Program-made: the position numbers and the translations under genes
Shown: positions 1 through 6,737 of the stretch, piece after piece
Layout: each line of letters opens with the position of its first letter
How positions within the stretch are numbered: the first letter of the stretch is position 1
Notes under the pieces: model-generated
Told to the model about the DNA's origin: nothing
The model's input: only the letters and a program-made list of their open reading frames with translations
Database searches by the model: none
Origin: a virus
IMG/VR virus record: IMGVR_UViG_3300034024_000028
Reading direction: 5' to 3' (one strand)
Length of the DNA: 17,023 nt

Positions 1-127
1 ACATGGCCGCCAGGTACGGCTGATCTTTGAACGTCACCACGTCGAAATCCGCGGACAGCACCGTCATGACTTCCAGCGCCGTCCACGTGTAGCCCTCGAG
101 CACCGCTTTGATCGACTTGGCGCCGGT
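1..127. repeat. 127-bp terminal direct repeat identical to 16897..17023 (circular-assembly overlap; unit genome 16896 bp)
   Basis: Base-by-base comparison: acatggccgccaggtacggctgatc...gatcgacttggcgccggt occurs at both ends of the window with no mismatch. The repeat lies inside a coding region that reads through the junction. Confidence 0.95.
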
Positions 128-373
128 CTCCGCAACGTAGGGCATCAGCTCTTTCACCGACGTGCGACTCTCCGGCTTGCCCACGATGACCAAGACCATC
201 ATGTCGTCGATCCGGGTGGTCCCGGCGCCGTAGGTCTGATGGAACTTCACCGAGTCCGGCAGCGTCACCAGCGCCGCCGGCGGGTTGACCTGATGGCCCC
301 ACTCCGCCACCCGCAACCCGGTGATCGTTCTGAGTGCCGCTTCGATCTGCGTGCGGACCGCCCCGGTGTCCAC
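1..373 (-). CDS. neck / tail-terminator-like head-tail joining protein, 5' part (ORF continues across the circular junction into 16896..16862; 135 aa in total)
   Basis: GTG start at 373, 4 nt after the adaptor stop. My translation is VDTGAVRTQIEAALRTITGLRVAEWGHQVNPPAALVTLPD...DQPYLAAMFHLDIFGRGAV, with high third-position GC. It lies between the adaptor and the major tail gene. Its size and pattern resemble DUF3168/tail-terminator-type proteins (from memory, not searched). Confidence 0.5.
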   Translation of the reverse strand, partial: MDTGAVRTQIEAALRTITGLRVAEWGHQVNPPAALVTLPDSVKFHQTYGAGTTRIDDMMVLVIVGKPESRTSVKELMPYVAETGAKSIKAVLEGYTWTALEVMTVLSADFDVVTFKDQPYLAAM

Positions 374-376
374 GGC

Positions 377-982
377 TCACCCCACCCGCCGGGGCCGGGA
401 CAGCCCGGCCAGGGACACCGCGACGTCCGGGTCAAGCTTCGCCAGCAACCGCAGCTCTGATCCGTCCGTGGGAGACCCGGACACCCCGAACGGGGAATCC
501 CGCCGGGCCGCCCACCGGTTCACCTGCAACCGCGCCGCGACCACCACTTGAGCCGGTACCGCGGTCCACCCCCAGCGGGCCACCACAGTCACCGACGCGG
601 GGGCCCCGGCATAGGACAGGTCCGGCCGGTCCGCGAACCCCAGCGCCGTCCAGGGCACGCTGTCGGCCGGCGCGTTGTCCGGCAGCAGCACCGCCCCGGA
701 CGACGCGTACGCCACCCCGCGGACCGTCATCCCCGTGACATCCTGCACGTCGTCGATCGACAGCAGCCACATACCGGTGACCGGGTCGTACACCGCCGGC
801 CGCCGGTACACCCGCGCCGCAGCAGTAGGGGCGATCGTGCCGAACTGACGGTTACAGCGCTTGTCGATGGCCCGGGATGCGGCCGTGACCCAGGTGCCCA
901 CCTGCGCATCATCGATCGAATCGGGCAACCGCAGGAACGCGTTCGCGTCGACAACCGTGATGTAGTCAGGCTTCCAGGGCAC
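377..982 (-). CDS. head-to-tail adaptor (HK97 gp6 / phage_connect_1-like)
   Basis: 201-aa ORF. The N-terminus PDYITVVDANAFLRLPDSIDDAQVGTWVTAASRAIDKRCNRQF matches the typical adaptor opening (y.t..d...yl......dd..l..li.aA...i...tgr.f). The C-terminus has GWTAVPAQVVVAARLQVNRW. It sits downstream of the capsid gene. Confidence 0.7.
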   Translation of the reverse strand: MPWKPDYITVVDANAFLRLPDSIDDAQVGTWVTAASRAIDKRCNRQFGTIAPTAAARVYRRPAVYDPVTGMWLLSIDDVQDVTGMTVRGVAYASSGAVLLPDNAPADSVPWTALGFADRPDLSYAGAPASVTVVARWGWTAVPAQVVVAARLQVNRWAARRDSPFGVSGSPTDGSELRLLAKLDPDVAVSLAGLSRPRRVG

Positions 983-991
983 GGCCGCTAC

Positions 992-1405
992 CTACTCGGA
1001 GTCCGCGGCCGGGCCGCTGATACCCGGGGTGCCCGCGATGGCCGGGTCGATCTCACCCGGGGCCACGGACGGGTAGACGAAATCCACACCGGGCACCGCG
1101 GCCTGCCGCTCCCGGACCGGGATCGGAGTCACCGGCGCCGACGCGTCCGCGATCTGTAGACCGGCCTGCTTGCCGGTGAGCATCCCGCGAACGTCGTCCG
1201 TGGTCACCTGCCGGCCGCCGACGTTGGTCACCCCGAACGACTCGAGGTCCGACAACTGACCCTGCGACAGCACGAACTCGTGCTGCACCGGGGCGGCCAT
1301 GCCGGGACGGCTGGCACCGGCCGCGGCCAGCTGGCCGCGGAGATTCTCATTCTCGGCACGCAGCGCGTCACGCTCCGCGGCGATGTCTTCCTTGGTCTCC
1401 GCCAT
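992..1405 (-). CDS. hypothetical protein with N-terminal coiled coil (possible head decoration/scaffold-like; function unknown)
   Basis: ATG at 1405 is preceded by a perfect AAGGAG (1418..1413) with a 7-nt spacer. The product is MAETKEDIAAERDALRAENENLRGQLAAAG... (137 aa). The longer 151-aa version in the ORF track lacks an RBS. Confidence 0.7.
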   Translation of the reverse strand: MAETKEDIAAERDALRAENENLRGQLAAAGASRPGMAAPVQHEFVLSQGQLSDLESFGVTNVGGRQVTTDDVRGMLTGKQAGLQIADASAPVTPIPVRERQAAVPGVDFVYPSVAPGEIDPAIAGTPGISGPAADSE

Positions 1406-1450
1406 CGCGGATCTCCTTACGTGGCAACGGATTCGGGGTATGTGCACGGG

Positions 1451-1478
1451 GCCGGACGGGGTGGCGGCCCCGTCCGGC
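1451..1478 (-). terminator. stem-loop just downstream of the capsid polyprotein stop (possible attenuator or mRNA-stabilising hairpin)
   Basis: gccggacgggg (1451-1461) is the exact reverse complement of ccccgtccggc (1468-1478): an 11-bp perfect GC-rich stem with a 6-nt loop. It starts 9 nt after the stop at 1487. No U-tract follows. Confidence 0.5.
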
Positions 1479-1486
1479 AGGCCCGG

Positions 1487-2818
1487 TTACGCCGGGTCGT
1501 ACTTGATCTCTCGCGTGCCGGCGAAGTCGATGACACCAAACGCCTTGTAACCCCAGATGCCGATGTCCACCCACGCCACCCGCCATTCGAGGTCGATACG
1601 CTCCGGGGCGGACGCCGCCGCCCAGACCTTGTCCGGGTCGAACGTCCACGACGACGCTTCGACCGTGCCACTGGCGGCCGTGGCCCATGACGGGATCCAC
1701 AGCATCCCGTGCGCGTCGATCGCGGTATAGCCCTCCTGCACCGTGCCGGACGCGTTCATCGGACCGATCTGCGGATACAGGGCCCGGCCGGCGGAGTCCT
1801 TCGCCGCCACCATCGCCTTATACAGGTCGATCTGCGTGAAGACCCGGCGGAAGCGGTTCCCGCCCCGGATGAACTGCAACGGCACCAGAGCCGCCTTGAT
1901 GGCCTGATCCAGTGCCGAGTCCACCGCCAGCGCCGTAATCGTGATGTCCGGGATCGACGCAGACGCCGCCACGAACTGCGCCTGCACGTACGCCTCGAGC
2001 GCTTCGTAGTAGGCACGGACCATCTGACGCCACAGGATGCCGTCCATTGCCGGATTGCCCAGCTGATCGACAGCCTCGCGGAGCACCTCGAGCTTCCCGG
2101 AGACCGGGGTCGGAGTGATGGTCTGCGTGGTGACCGCCATCGCACCCGGGGTCGGCTCGGTGCCGGACACGTGGTCCGCGACCAGGCCGGACGACGAGGA
2201 ATACTTCGGCAGCGTGAACGGCGTGATGTCGTCCAGCGTGCCCTTTTCCACGGCCTGCCACATCGGGTAGCCGTAATCCATCTGATCGACGTACAGGTCC
2301 GGACGCTGACGGTTGGGGTTCAGGCCGGCCACGTTCGTCGGAGTGACCGCGAAGCCATGCGCCGCGGGGTCCGGCTGTGCGGCCAGTGACACCTGACGCG
2401 CACGTTCGATCGGGTCCGCGAAAACCTGACGGATGAAGCCCGAGATCCGATCCTTGGCAGCCTGGTCACCCTGCTTGGCCGCGGCCACCAAGTCCTGCGC
2501 GAAGGAGTGCGTGCCGCGCCGCAGACGACCCTGCGCGTCGAAGACGTACGGGGACGCCTCTGTCACCTGCACCGGGCCGTGGTGCAGCGAGACCGGGGTC
2601 GGCCCGGCCCCCAGCGCCACGGCACCCTGCGCGGCCTGCCACGCCAGGAACGCATTGAACTGCGCCGCCGGATCGGGGCCCGGGACCGGCGCCGGGGTAC
2701 CCGGGACGGGTGGGGGAACGGGGGCCGGGGCCGGGGCCGGGGCCGTTTGCAGTTGGGCAGCGAACGTGGCGCACGCGATGTTGGGCGCGTGCGGCTTGCC
2801 GCAGTGCTGGCAGTGCAC
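1487..2818 (-). CDS. candidate nested in-frame gene: major capsid protein translated from an internal GTG (443 aa)
   Basis: A perfect AGGAGG (2831..2826), a 7-nt spacer (CAATCCC), then an in-frame GTG at 2818..2816 (codon 587). This falls just after the protease domain ends. By contrast, I see no recognisable SD upstream of the ATG at 4576. Confidence 0.4.
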   Translation of the reverse strand: MHCQHCGKPHAPNIACATFAAQLQTAPAPAPAPVPPPVPGTPAPVPGPDPAAQFNAFLAWQAAQGAVALGAGPTPVSLHHGPVQVTEASPYVFDAQGRLRRGTHSFAQDLVAAAKQGDQAAKDRISGFIRQVFADPIERARQVSLAAQPDPAAHGFAVTPTNVAGLNPNRQRPDLYVDQMDYGYPMWQAVEKGTLDDITPFTLPKYSSSSGLVADHVSGTEPTPGAMAVTTQTITPTPVSGKLEVLREAVDQLGNPAMDGILWRQMVRAYYEALEAYVQAQFVAASASIPDITITALAVDSALDQAIKAALVPLQFIRGGNRFRRVFTQIDLYKAMVAAKDSAGRALYPQIGPMNASGTVQEGYTAIDAHGMLWIPSWATAASGTVEASSWTFDPDKVWAAASAPERIDLEWRVAWVDIGIWGYKAFGVIDFAGTREIKYDPA

Positions 2819-4576
2819 GGGATTGCCTCCTGTCATGCTCGCGGCCACTTTGGTCACGCGCGCGTCGTCGAACGATGGCATGTACGTGGTAGACGTCTCG
2901 CGCCACGTCGCGCGGTGCACCTCGATGACACCCTCGTCATCAACCTTGATGTCGTCATCGGCCGGGTCCAGGCTGAAGTCCACGCCCACGGACAACCCGG
3001 AGTAAAGGCCGTGTTCCGCGTCGTAGAGCAGCTGATCCCGCTGCACCTTGGCCGGTGAGCCTTCCGGTCCGTCGAGCACCGCCAGGGCCACAACCGGGCC
3101 GGCCGCGGTATCGGTCACCGACCGGTGAAACCCGACCGGTGTCCCGTGATCCATCAGATGCGCCATGCGGGCCGGCTCTGAGTATTCGAGACTGCCCGGC
3201 ATGAATTTCATCTTCAGGCCGTATTTCGAGGTCACCACGCCGTACGGGACCGCCAGGCCGGTGATCGTGCGCGCCGCCGCGTCGACCTTCGGCGCCGGTG
3301 GCGGGGTGGCGAAGTCGGTCGCGCCGAACCGGTACGCCGCATCACCGGCGTCGAAGCGCACCGCGGCCCGGCCGCCCGCCGTGATCTCGAGCGGTGCGGG
3401 GCCGGTGGCCGCCGCCGGGGCCGGGCCGGACAGCCCAGCCCACCCGCGGATCTCATCTGCGTCCGTCACGCCCATCCCCTTAAGCGCTGCCCAATAGGCA
3501 GCCTGCTCCGCCGGTGAACTCTTGAGGTAGTCGGTGAGGTCGAACCGGGCAGCGTAGCCACGCTTCGTCACGTCACCCATCGACAGCCGATCCGTAAGCG
3601 CGCTCATGTACGGCGCGTACGTCCGGTTGATCTTGTCCTGTTTCTTGTCGACGGAGTTGAAGTACGTCCGCGACGTCACCGCCACCCCGAGATCCTCCGG
3701 GTCCACCCCCATGCCGTTCGCGATGGCCAGGTGTGCCTGTTGCCGGAGCTCTACCAGCGTGAGGTCCCGCGGCGACGGGGCCGTGACGTCCGCACGCTTG
3801 ACCGTGGACGGGATCCACCCGAACGGCCGCGACTGTCGCATCGCACCATACGACGCGAGGAATTCGTCGATGGCGTCGTCACTCAGCGGGTCCGTGTCCA
3901 GGTCATCCGCGTCGGTGAAGAACTCCCGCAGCGCCGGATTGTTGGCGTACATCTCCGTCAGGTTGTCCAGGAGACCGCAGATCCGGATGGCCCTGGCCTG
4001 CGCAGTGAGCAGACCCGGGTTGGGGGAGTCGAAACGGATCATGTCCGCGGCCGGCCACTCTGTCCACCCGCGGCCGTCGTCGAAGTCGACCCACACGTAT
4101 CGATGCGGCCGCAGCGGATCCGACGAGCGCAGACTGCGGGGGGGGTCCAGCTTGACCCGGGCTGGATCGATGCGCTTGACGGACACCGGGTAACCCTCGA
4201 AGTCCCGGCCGGTCACTTGCCACCACGCGACCTGGTCAAAGACGAGATCCTCGATGGTCATCGCCATGTGCAGGACGTTGGGCACGTCCGGGTCGAACTG
4301 CCGGAACAGCGGCGACTCCACCACGTTCAATCCGAGATACAGCCGCAGCGGAAGGGTGCCGACCGAGCACAGCTCATTGCGGCCGCGGAGCACCGCGGCG
4401 ACCTGCAACGCGGACGTCCGGGTCACCGACGTCCCGTCACGCATCGCCGCGATGACCCGGTCCACCGGCCGCGGGGCCGTGTCGAACGTGTGGAGAGGCT
4501 CGAGCTCAAGCGTCATCGGACGGGGCACGCTGAAGACTTCACGCACCATCTGCGCTGCTGCGCTCACCCATCCCAT
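1487..4576 (-). CDS. head morphogenesis polyprotein: HK97-type portal + prohead (S78/U35) protease + HK97-fold major capsid protein in one ORF
   Basis: Uninterrupted 1029-codon ORF.
- Portal (aa ~45-385, nt 3422-4444): TSALQVAAVLRGRNELCSVGTLPLRLY, SPLFRQFDPDVPN, PYMSALTDRLS...TDADEIRGWAGL.
- Protease (aa ~432-575, nt 2852-3283): ITGLAVPYGV, HLMDHGTPVGF (His477, nt 3146-3148), YSGLSVGVDF (Ser529, nt 2990-2992).
- Linker (aa 585-640): Cys cluster and Ala/Pro-rich stretch.
- Capsid region (aa ~640-1029): ends ...IDLEWRVAWVDIGIWGYKAFGVIDFAG.
It lies directly downstream of the large terminase gene. Confidence 0.85.
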   Translation of the reverse strand: MGWVSAAAQMVREVFSVPRPMTLELEPLHTFDTAPRPVDRVIAAMRDGTSVTRTSALQVAAVLRGRNELCSVGTLPLRLYLGLNVVESPLFRQFDPDVPNVLHMAMTIEDLVFDQVAWWQVTGRDFEGYPVSVKRIDPARVKLDPPRSLRSSDPLRPHRYVWVDFDDGRGWTEWPAADMIRFDSPNPGLLTAQARAIRICGLLDNLTEMYANNPALREFFTDADDLDTDPLSDDAIDEFLASYGAMRQSRPFGWIPSTVKRADVTAPSPRDLTLVELRQQAHLAIANGMGVDPEDLGVAVTSRTYFNSVDKKQDKINRTYAPYMSALTDRLSMGDVTKRGYAARFDLTDYLKSSPAEQAAYWAALKGMGVTDADEIRGWAGLSGPAPAAATGPAPLEITAGGRAAVRFDAGDAAYRFGATDFATPPPAPKVDAAARTITGLAVPYGVVTSKYGLKMKFMPGSLEYSEPARMAHLMDHGTPVGFHRSVTDTAAGPVVALAVLDGPEGSPAKVQRDQLLYDAEHGLYSGLSVGVDFSLDPADDDIKVDDEGVIEVHRATWRETSTTYMPSFDDARVTKVAASMTGGNPVHCQHCGKPHAPNIACATFAAQLQTAPAPAPAPVPPPVPGTPAPVPGPDPAAQFNAFLAWQAAQGAVALGAGPTPVSLHHGPVQVTEASPYVFDAQGRLRRGTHSFAQDLVAAAKQGDQAAKDRISGFIRQVFADPIERARQVSLAAQPDPAAHGFAVTPTNVAGLNPNRQRPDLYVDQMDYGYPMWQAVEKGTLDDITPFTLPKYSSSSGLVADHVSGTEPTPGAMAVTTQTITPTPVSGKLEVLREAVDQLGNPAMDGILWRQMVRAYYEALEAYVQAQFVAASASIPDITITALAVDSALDQAIKAALVPLQFIRGGNRFRRVFTQIDLYKAMVAAKDSAGRALYPQIGPMNASGTVQEGYTAIDAHGMLWIPSWATAASGTVEASSWTFDPDKVWAAASAPERIDLEWRVAWVDIGIWGYKAFGVIDFAGTREIKYDPA
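2721..2744. repeat. perfect hexanucleotide tandem repeat (GGGGCC)x4 on the plus strand; encodes APAPAPAP on the minus strand
   Basis: ggggcc ggggcc ggggcc ggggcc at 2721-2744, preceded by further G-runs (gggacgggtgggggaacg). It lies in the linker of the polyprotein gene. Confidence 0.95.
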
Positions 4577-4612
4577 GATCGGCAGTGTACGGCCCCGCGG
4601 CCTGCTTAGACC

Positions 4613-6142
4613 TCAGCCAGGCGGACCAGCGTGCACCCGTGTCGATCTCACCCGCACGGCTGGCATGGTCCGGGCCAGGTACACCGCACCCGCCGCGGCG
4701 TACGCGGCGTCCACGTGACCGCCGCCGGACCGGGCGAACACCCACCCGCCGCCGGCCGCCATCCGTTCGGCGCCGGTGACGTGATCGGTCAGCAGCGGAT
4801 CATCCGAACGAACCAGGGTGCCGCCGGTAACTTCCTTCGCGAACCCCATCACCACGGCTGGCGTATCCTGCCGGATCTCCGCCACCGTCACCCCCCGGGC
4901 CCGATCGACCGGGGTCCGCAACCGGGCCGCCATCGCCGCACCCGGGCCGGCCGGGAACCACCCGGCTGAGCGTGGCCGAACCTTCCGGAGCAGCCCCGGC
5001 CATGCGCGCTCCGCGTCAGAGAGCGCCATCGGCCCGGACCACGCGGCCACCAGCTCTACCCGGACCCGGCCGTCTTCCATCACCTGCGCGGCCGCGGCCG
5101 TGACGTGCGTGCCGTCCGGCGACGCGTCGATGCACAGCGCGATCCTTTTGCGCTCCGGCTGTAGCGGGCCCGGGTCCAGGGTCTTTTCCCATGCCGGGCC
5201 GGACACCGCCGGCCGTAGCACCTTGACCCGGATACACATGCGTTCCGTCTTGAAACCGTTCAGCGCCTCTCCGCCGAGACGCTTTGCCCGGCGGGCCCCG
5301 GCCAGCAGTACCTCGAGGTCCAGGCCGTGGCCCACCCGCGGGTTGGCCTGCAACAGCGCGTCCACGTCTTCCGGGTCCGCGTCATCCGGCGCCGACCACT
5401 CGAGCAGCCCTAGCCGCGGGTCACCCTCCCCGGTTTCGATGAAGTCCCGGGCCGAATCCTGAAGATCATTCAGCACGACGGACCGGGAGTCGCCGGCGTT
5501 GGACAGGGCCCAGATTTGCGCGTCCGGTGGCGAGCATGCCGGCTCGAATGCCTCCCACGCTTCATACGTGCGGTGCATGCGGAGTTCATCCGCGATGCCC
5601 CGGTTGATGGTCAGGGACCGGCCACCCTCCGCGTTGCTTGCCGCGATGAGGTAGCGGTCCCCCGCGTGCGTCCAAGACTCCGTCTCGCCGTTCGTCATCC
5701 GGAACCAGCGCCGTCCCGGCTCGTGGAAGTTGTGCAGGGACGGGGTCCGGCGGACCAGATTGACCGCCTTCAGCCACGACTCTTTCGCGTACTGAAGCTT
5801 CGTCGACGTGCCGAGGATCAGCGGCACGCGCTGCCGGAACTGCCACCACACGGACAGCCCTACAGGGAGCTCCGTCTTGCCGTTCTGCCGGGCCACGATC
5901 ACCAGCAGGATCCGGAACCGCGGCCGGCCGTCTTCGAGCAGCTCCCCGCCGTGGATAGCCGCGAAGCGCTGCCAGGGCAGCATGGGATGCCCGATCTCAT
6001 CCATGTAGTCGAGATACTCAAACCCGTACGACGTCTCCGGGGTGAGCTCCCGCAGGGGCGGAGTCCACACCCGCGGCGTGGCCCGGCCCAGCACCGGGCC
6101 GGACCCGGGAAGACCCGGCCGGACCACGTCGAGAATCGTCAC
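4613..6142 (-). CDS. terL: terminase large subunit (Terminase_1 / HK97-like)
   Basis: 509 aa. It has LPWQRFAAIHGGEL, a Walker A-like VIVARQNGKTE, a Walker B-like INRGIADELRMH, and a C-terminal nuclease-type region (IALCIDASPDG...). GTG start at 6142. It is followed by the portal-containing ORF. Confidence 0.9.
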   Translation of the reverse strand: MTILDVVRPGLPGSGPVLGRATPRVWTPPLRELTPETSYGFEYLDYMDEIGHPMLPWQRFAAIHGGELLEDGRPRFRILLVIVARQNGKTELPVGLSVWWQFRQRVPLILGTSTKLQYAKESWLKAVNLVRRTPSLHNFHEPGRRWFRMTNGETESWTHAGDRYLIAASNAEGGRSLTINRGIADELRMHRTYEAWEAFEPACSPPDAQIWALSNAGDSRSVVLNDLQDSARDFIETGEGDPRLGLLEWSAPDDADPEDVDALLQANPRVGHGLDLEVLLAGARRAKRLGGEALNGFKTERMCIRVKVLRPAVSGPAWEKTLDPGPLQPERKRIALCIDASPDGTHVTAAAAQVMEDGRVRVELVAAWSGPMALSDAERAWPGLLRKVRPRSAGWFPAGPGAAMAARLRTPVDRARGVTVAEIRQDTPAVVMGFAKEVTGGTLVRSDDPLLTDHVTGAERMAAGGGWVFARSGGGHVDAAYAAAGAVYLARTMPAVRVRSTRVHAGPPG

Positions 6143-6468
6143 GATCCGTGACCATCCGGATCAACGGGGAGAGGGATGCGGGACAGGGCGGGGTGTCCAG
6201 GGGGTGGGCCCGCGGAAAAAACTGCGGTCGTTTCACGTGAAACGGAATCGACCGACGTCGATCGGACGGGTACGGATCGGTCGCAGTGCCGCCGGTGTAG
6301 CGGATGCCCGATCGGGACCGTCATCGACAGGCCGCACGCGCACCACGGCCGACGGTCCGCCCGGTCCGCACGCCACGCCCGGACCGCGGCCGGCAGCGCC
6401 AGCAGCAGCAGCAGCAGCGTCGACAGGTTGACGCACCCAGAGTTGTGGTAGTCCCGGTCTTCACGCAT
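6139..6468 (-). CDS. hypothetical 109-aa ORF in the position usually held by the small terminase; coding status uncertain
   Basis: Coupled at both ends: TGATG with the upstream ORF at 6468 and GTGA with terL at 6142. The first ~70 codons have very high GC3 and include six consecutive CTG (Leu) codons. The last ~40 codons have mixed GC3 and overlap palindromes and an A6 tract. The product (MREDRDYHNSGCVNLSTLLLLLLALPAAV...) does not look like a known TerS. Confidence 0.35.
   Translation of the reverse strand: MREDRDYHNSGCVNLSTLLLLLLALPAAVRAWRADRADRRPWCACGLSMTVPIGHPLHRRHCDRSVPVRSTSVDSVSRETTAVFSAGPPPGHPALSRIPLPVDPDGHGS
6229..6244. repeat. perfect 16-bp palindrome cgtttcacgtgaaacg (candidate packaging/cos-region or regulatory element)
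   Basis: The 16-mer is self-complementary. It is flanked by an A6 tract (6215-6220) and an imperfect palindrome cgaccgacgtcgatcg (6249-6264). GATCGG motifs recur at about 6260, 6274 and 6310. Confidence 0.85.
6401..6418. repeat. trinucleotide microsatellite (AGC)x6 (CTG x6 = Leu6 in the minus-strand ORF)
   Basis: agcagcagcagcagcagc at 6401-6418. Confidence 0.95.
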
Positions 6469-6737
6469 CACAGCACCACGTCTTGGTAGCAAGGGAACAG
6501 CACATGGTCAGCGGCTGGCCGGCCACACCAGCAGCGAGGCACGTCTTCCCCTTTCCTAGCGTGCACCTGCGCGACGTGGTCTAGGGCCCGTTCGTTGATC
6601 ATCGGTAGCGTGTCCATCGGGTTGATGCCCACGCGCCAGGTCACCCCGCATCCCGGGTCTGCGCAGTACATGATCATGGTTTGTGTGGTGTGCATGATCC
6701 CGAATCGGATCATGCCCAGCGGGTCATCGGCTTGCAT
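6468..6737 (-). CDS. hypothetical Cys/Met-rich 89-aa protein
   Basis: ATG at 6737 is preceded by AAGGGGGA with a 6-nt spacer. The product is MQADDPLGMIRFGIMHTTQTMIMYCADPGCGVTWRV...PRCWCGRPAADHVLFPCYQDVVL. It overlaps the HNH 3' end by 28 nt. Confidence 0.6.
   Translation of the reverse strand: MQADDPLGMIRFGIMHTTQTMIMYCADPGCGVTWRVGINPMDTLPMINERALDHVAQVHARKGEDVPRCWCGRPAADHVLFPCYQDVVL

Noticed and set aside
1-127. The terminal repeat as a biological DTR, att site or mobile-element end
   Set aside because: It lies inside a coding sequence that continues in frame across the junction. Its length of exactly 127 nt matches a common assembler k-mer. There is no integrase or transposase anywhere in the window.
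3731-4609. 292-aa plus-strand ORF, and similar long ORFs at 8430-9416 (+), 14497-15447 (+), 15916-16926 (+), 548-1159 (+) and 1709-2389 (+)
   Set aside because: All lie antisense to well-supported minus-strand genes. They have Arg/Pro/Gly-rich, low-complexity translations. They are the stop-poor shadow frames expected in GC-rich DNA, with no RBS or motif support.
2721-6418. The tandem repeats (GGGGCC)x4 and (AGC)x6 as CRISPR-like or minisatellite arrays
   Set aside because: Both are short, perfect, in-frame microsatellites inside ORFs, with no spacers. They are not CRISPR arrays.
6042-6436. Alternative ORFs in the terS position: 129 aa (+) at 6042-6431, 91 aa (+) at 6176-6451, 67 aa (-) at 6233-6436
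   Set aside because: Their products are Arg/Pro/Ala-rich with no coupling to neighbouring genes. They are on the wrong strand or in the wrong frame relative to the operon. Only the 6139-6468 frame is coupled at both ends, and even that one is kept at low confidence.
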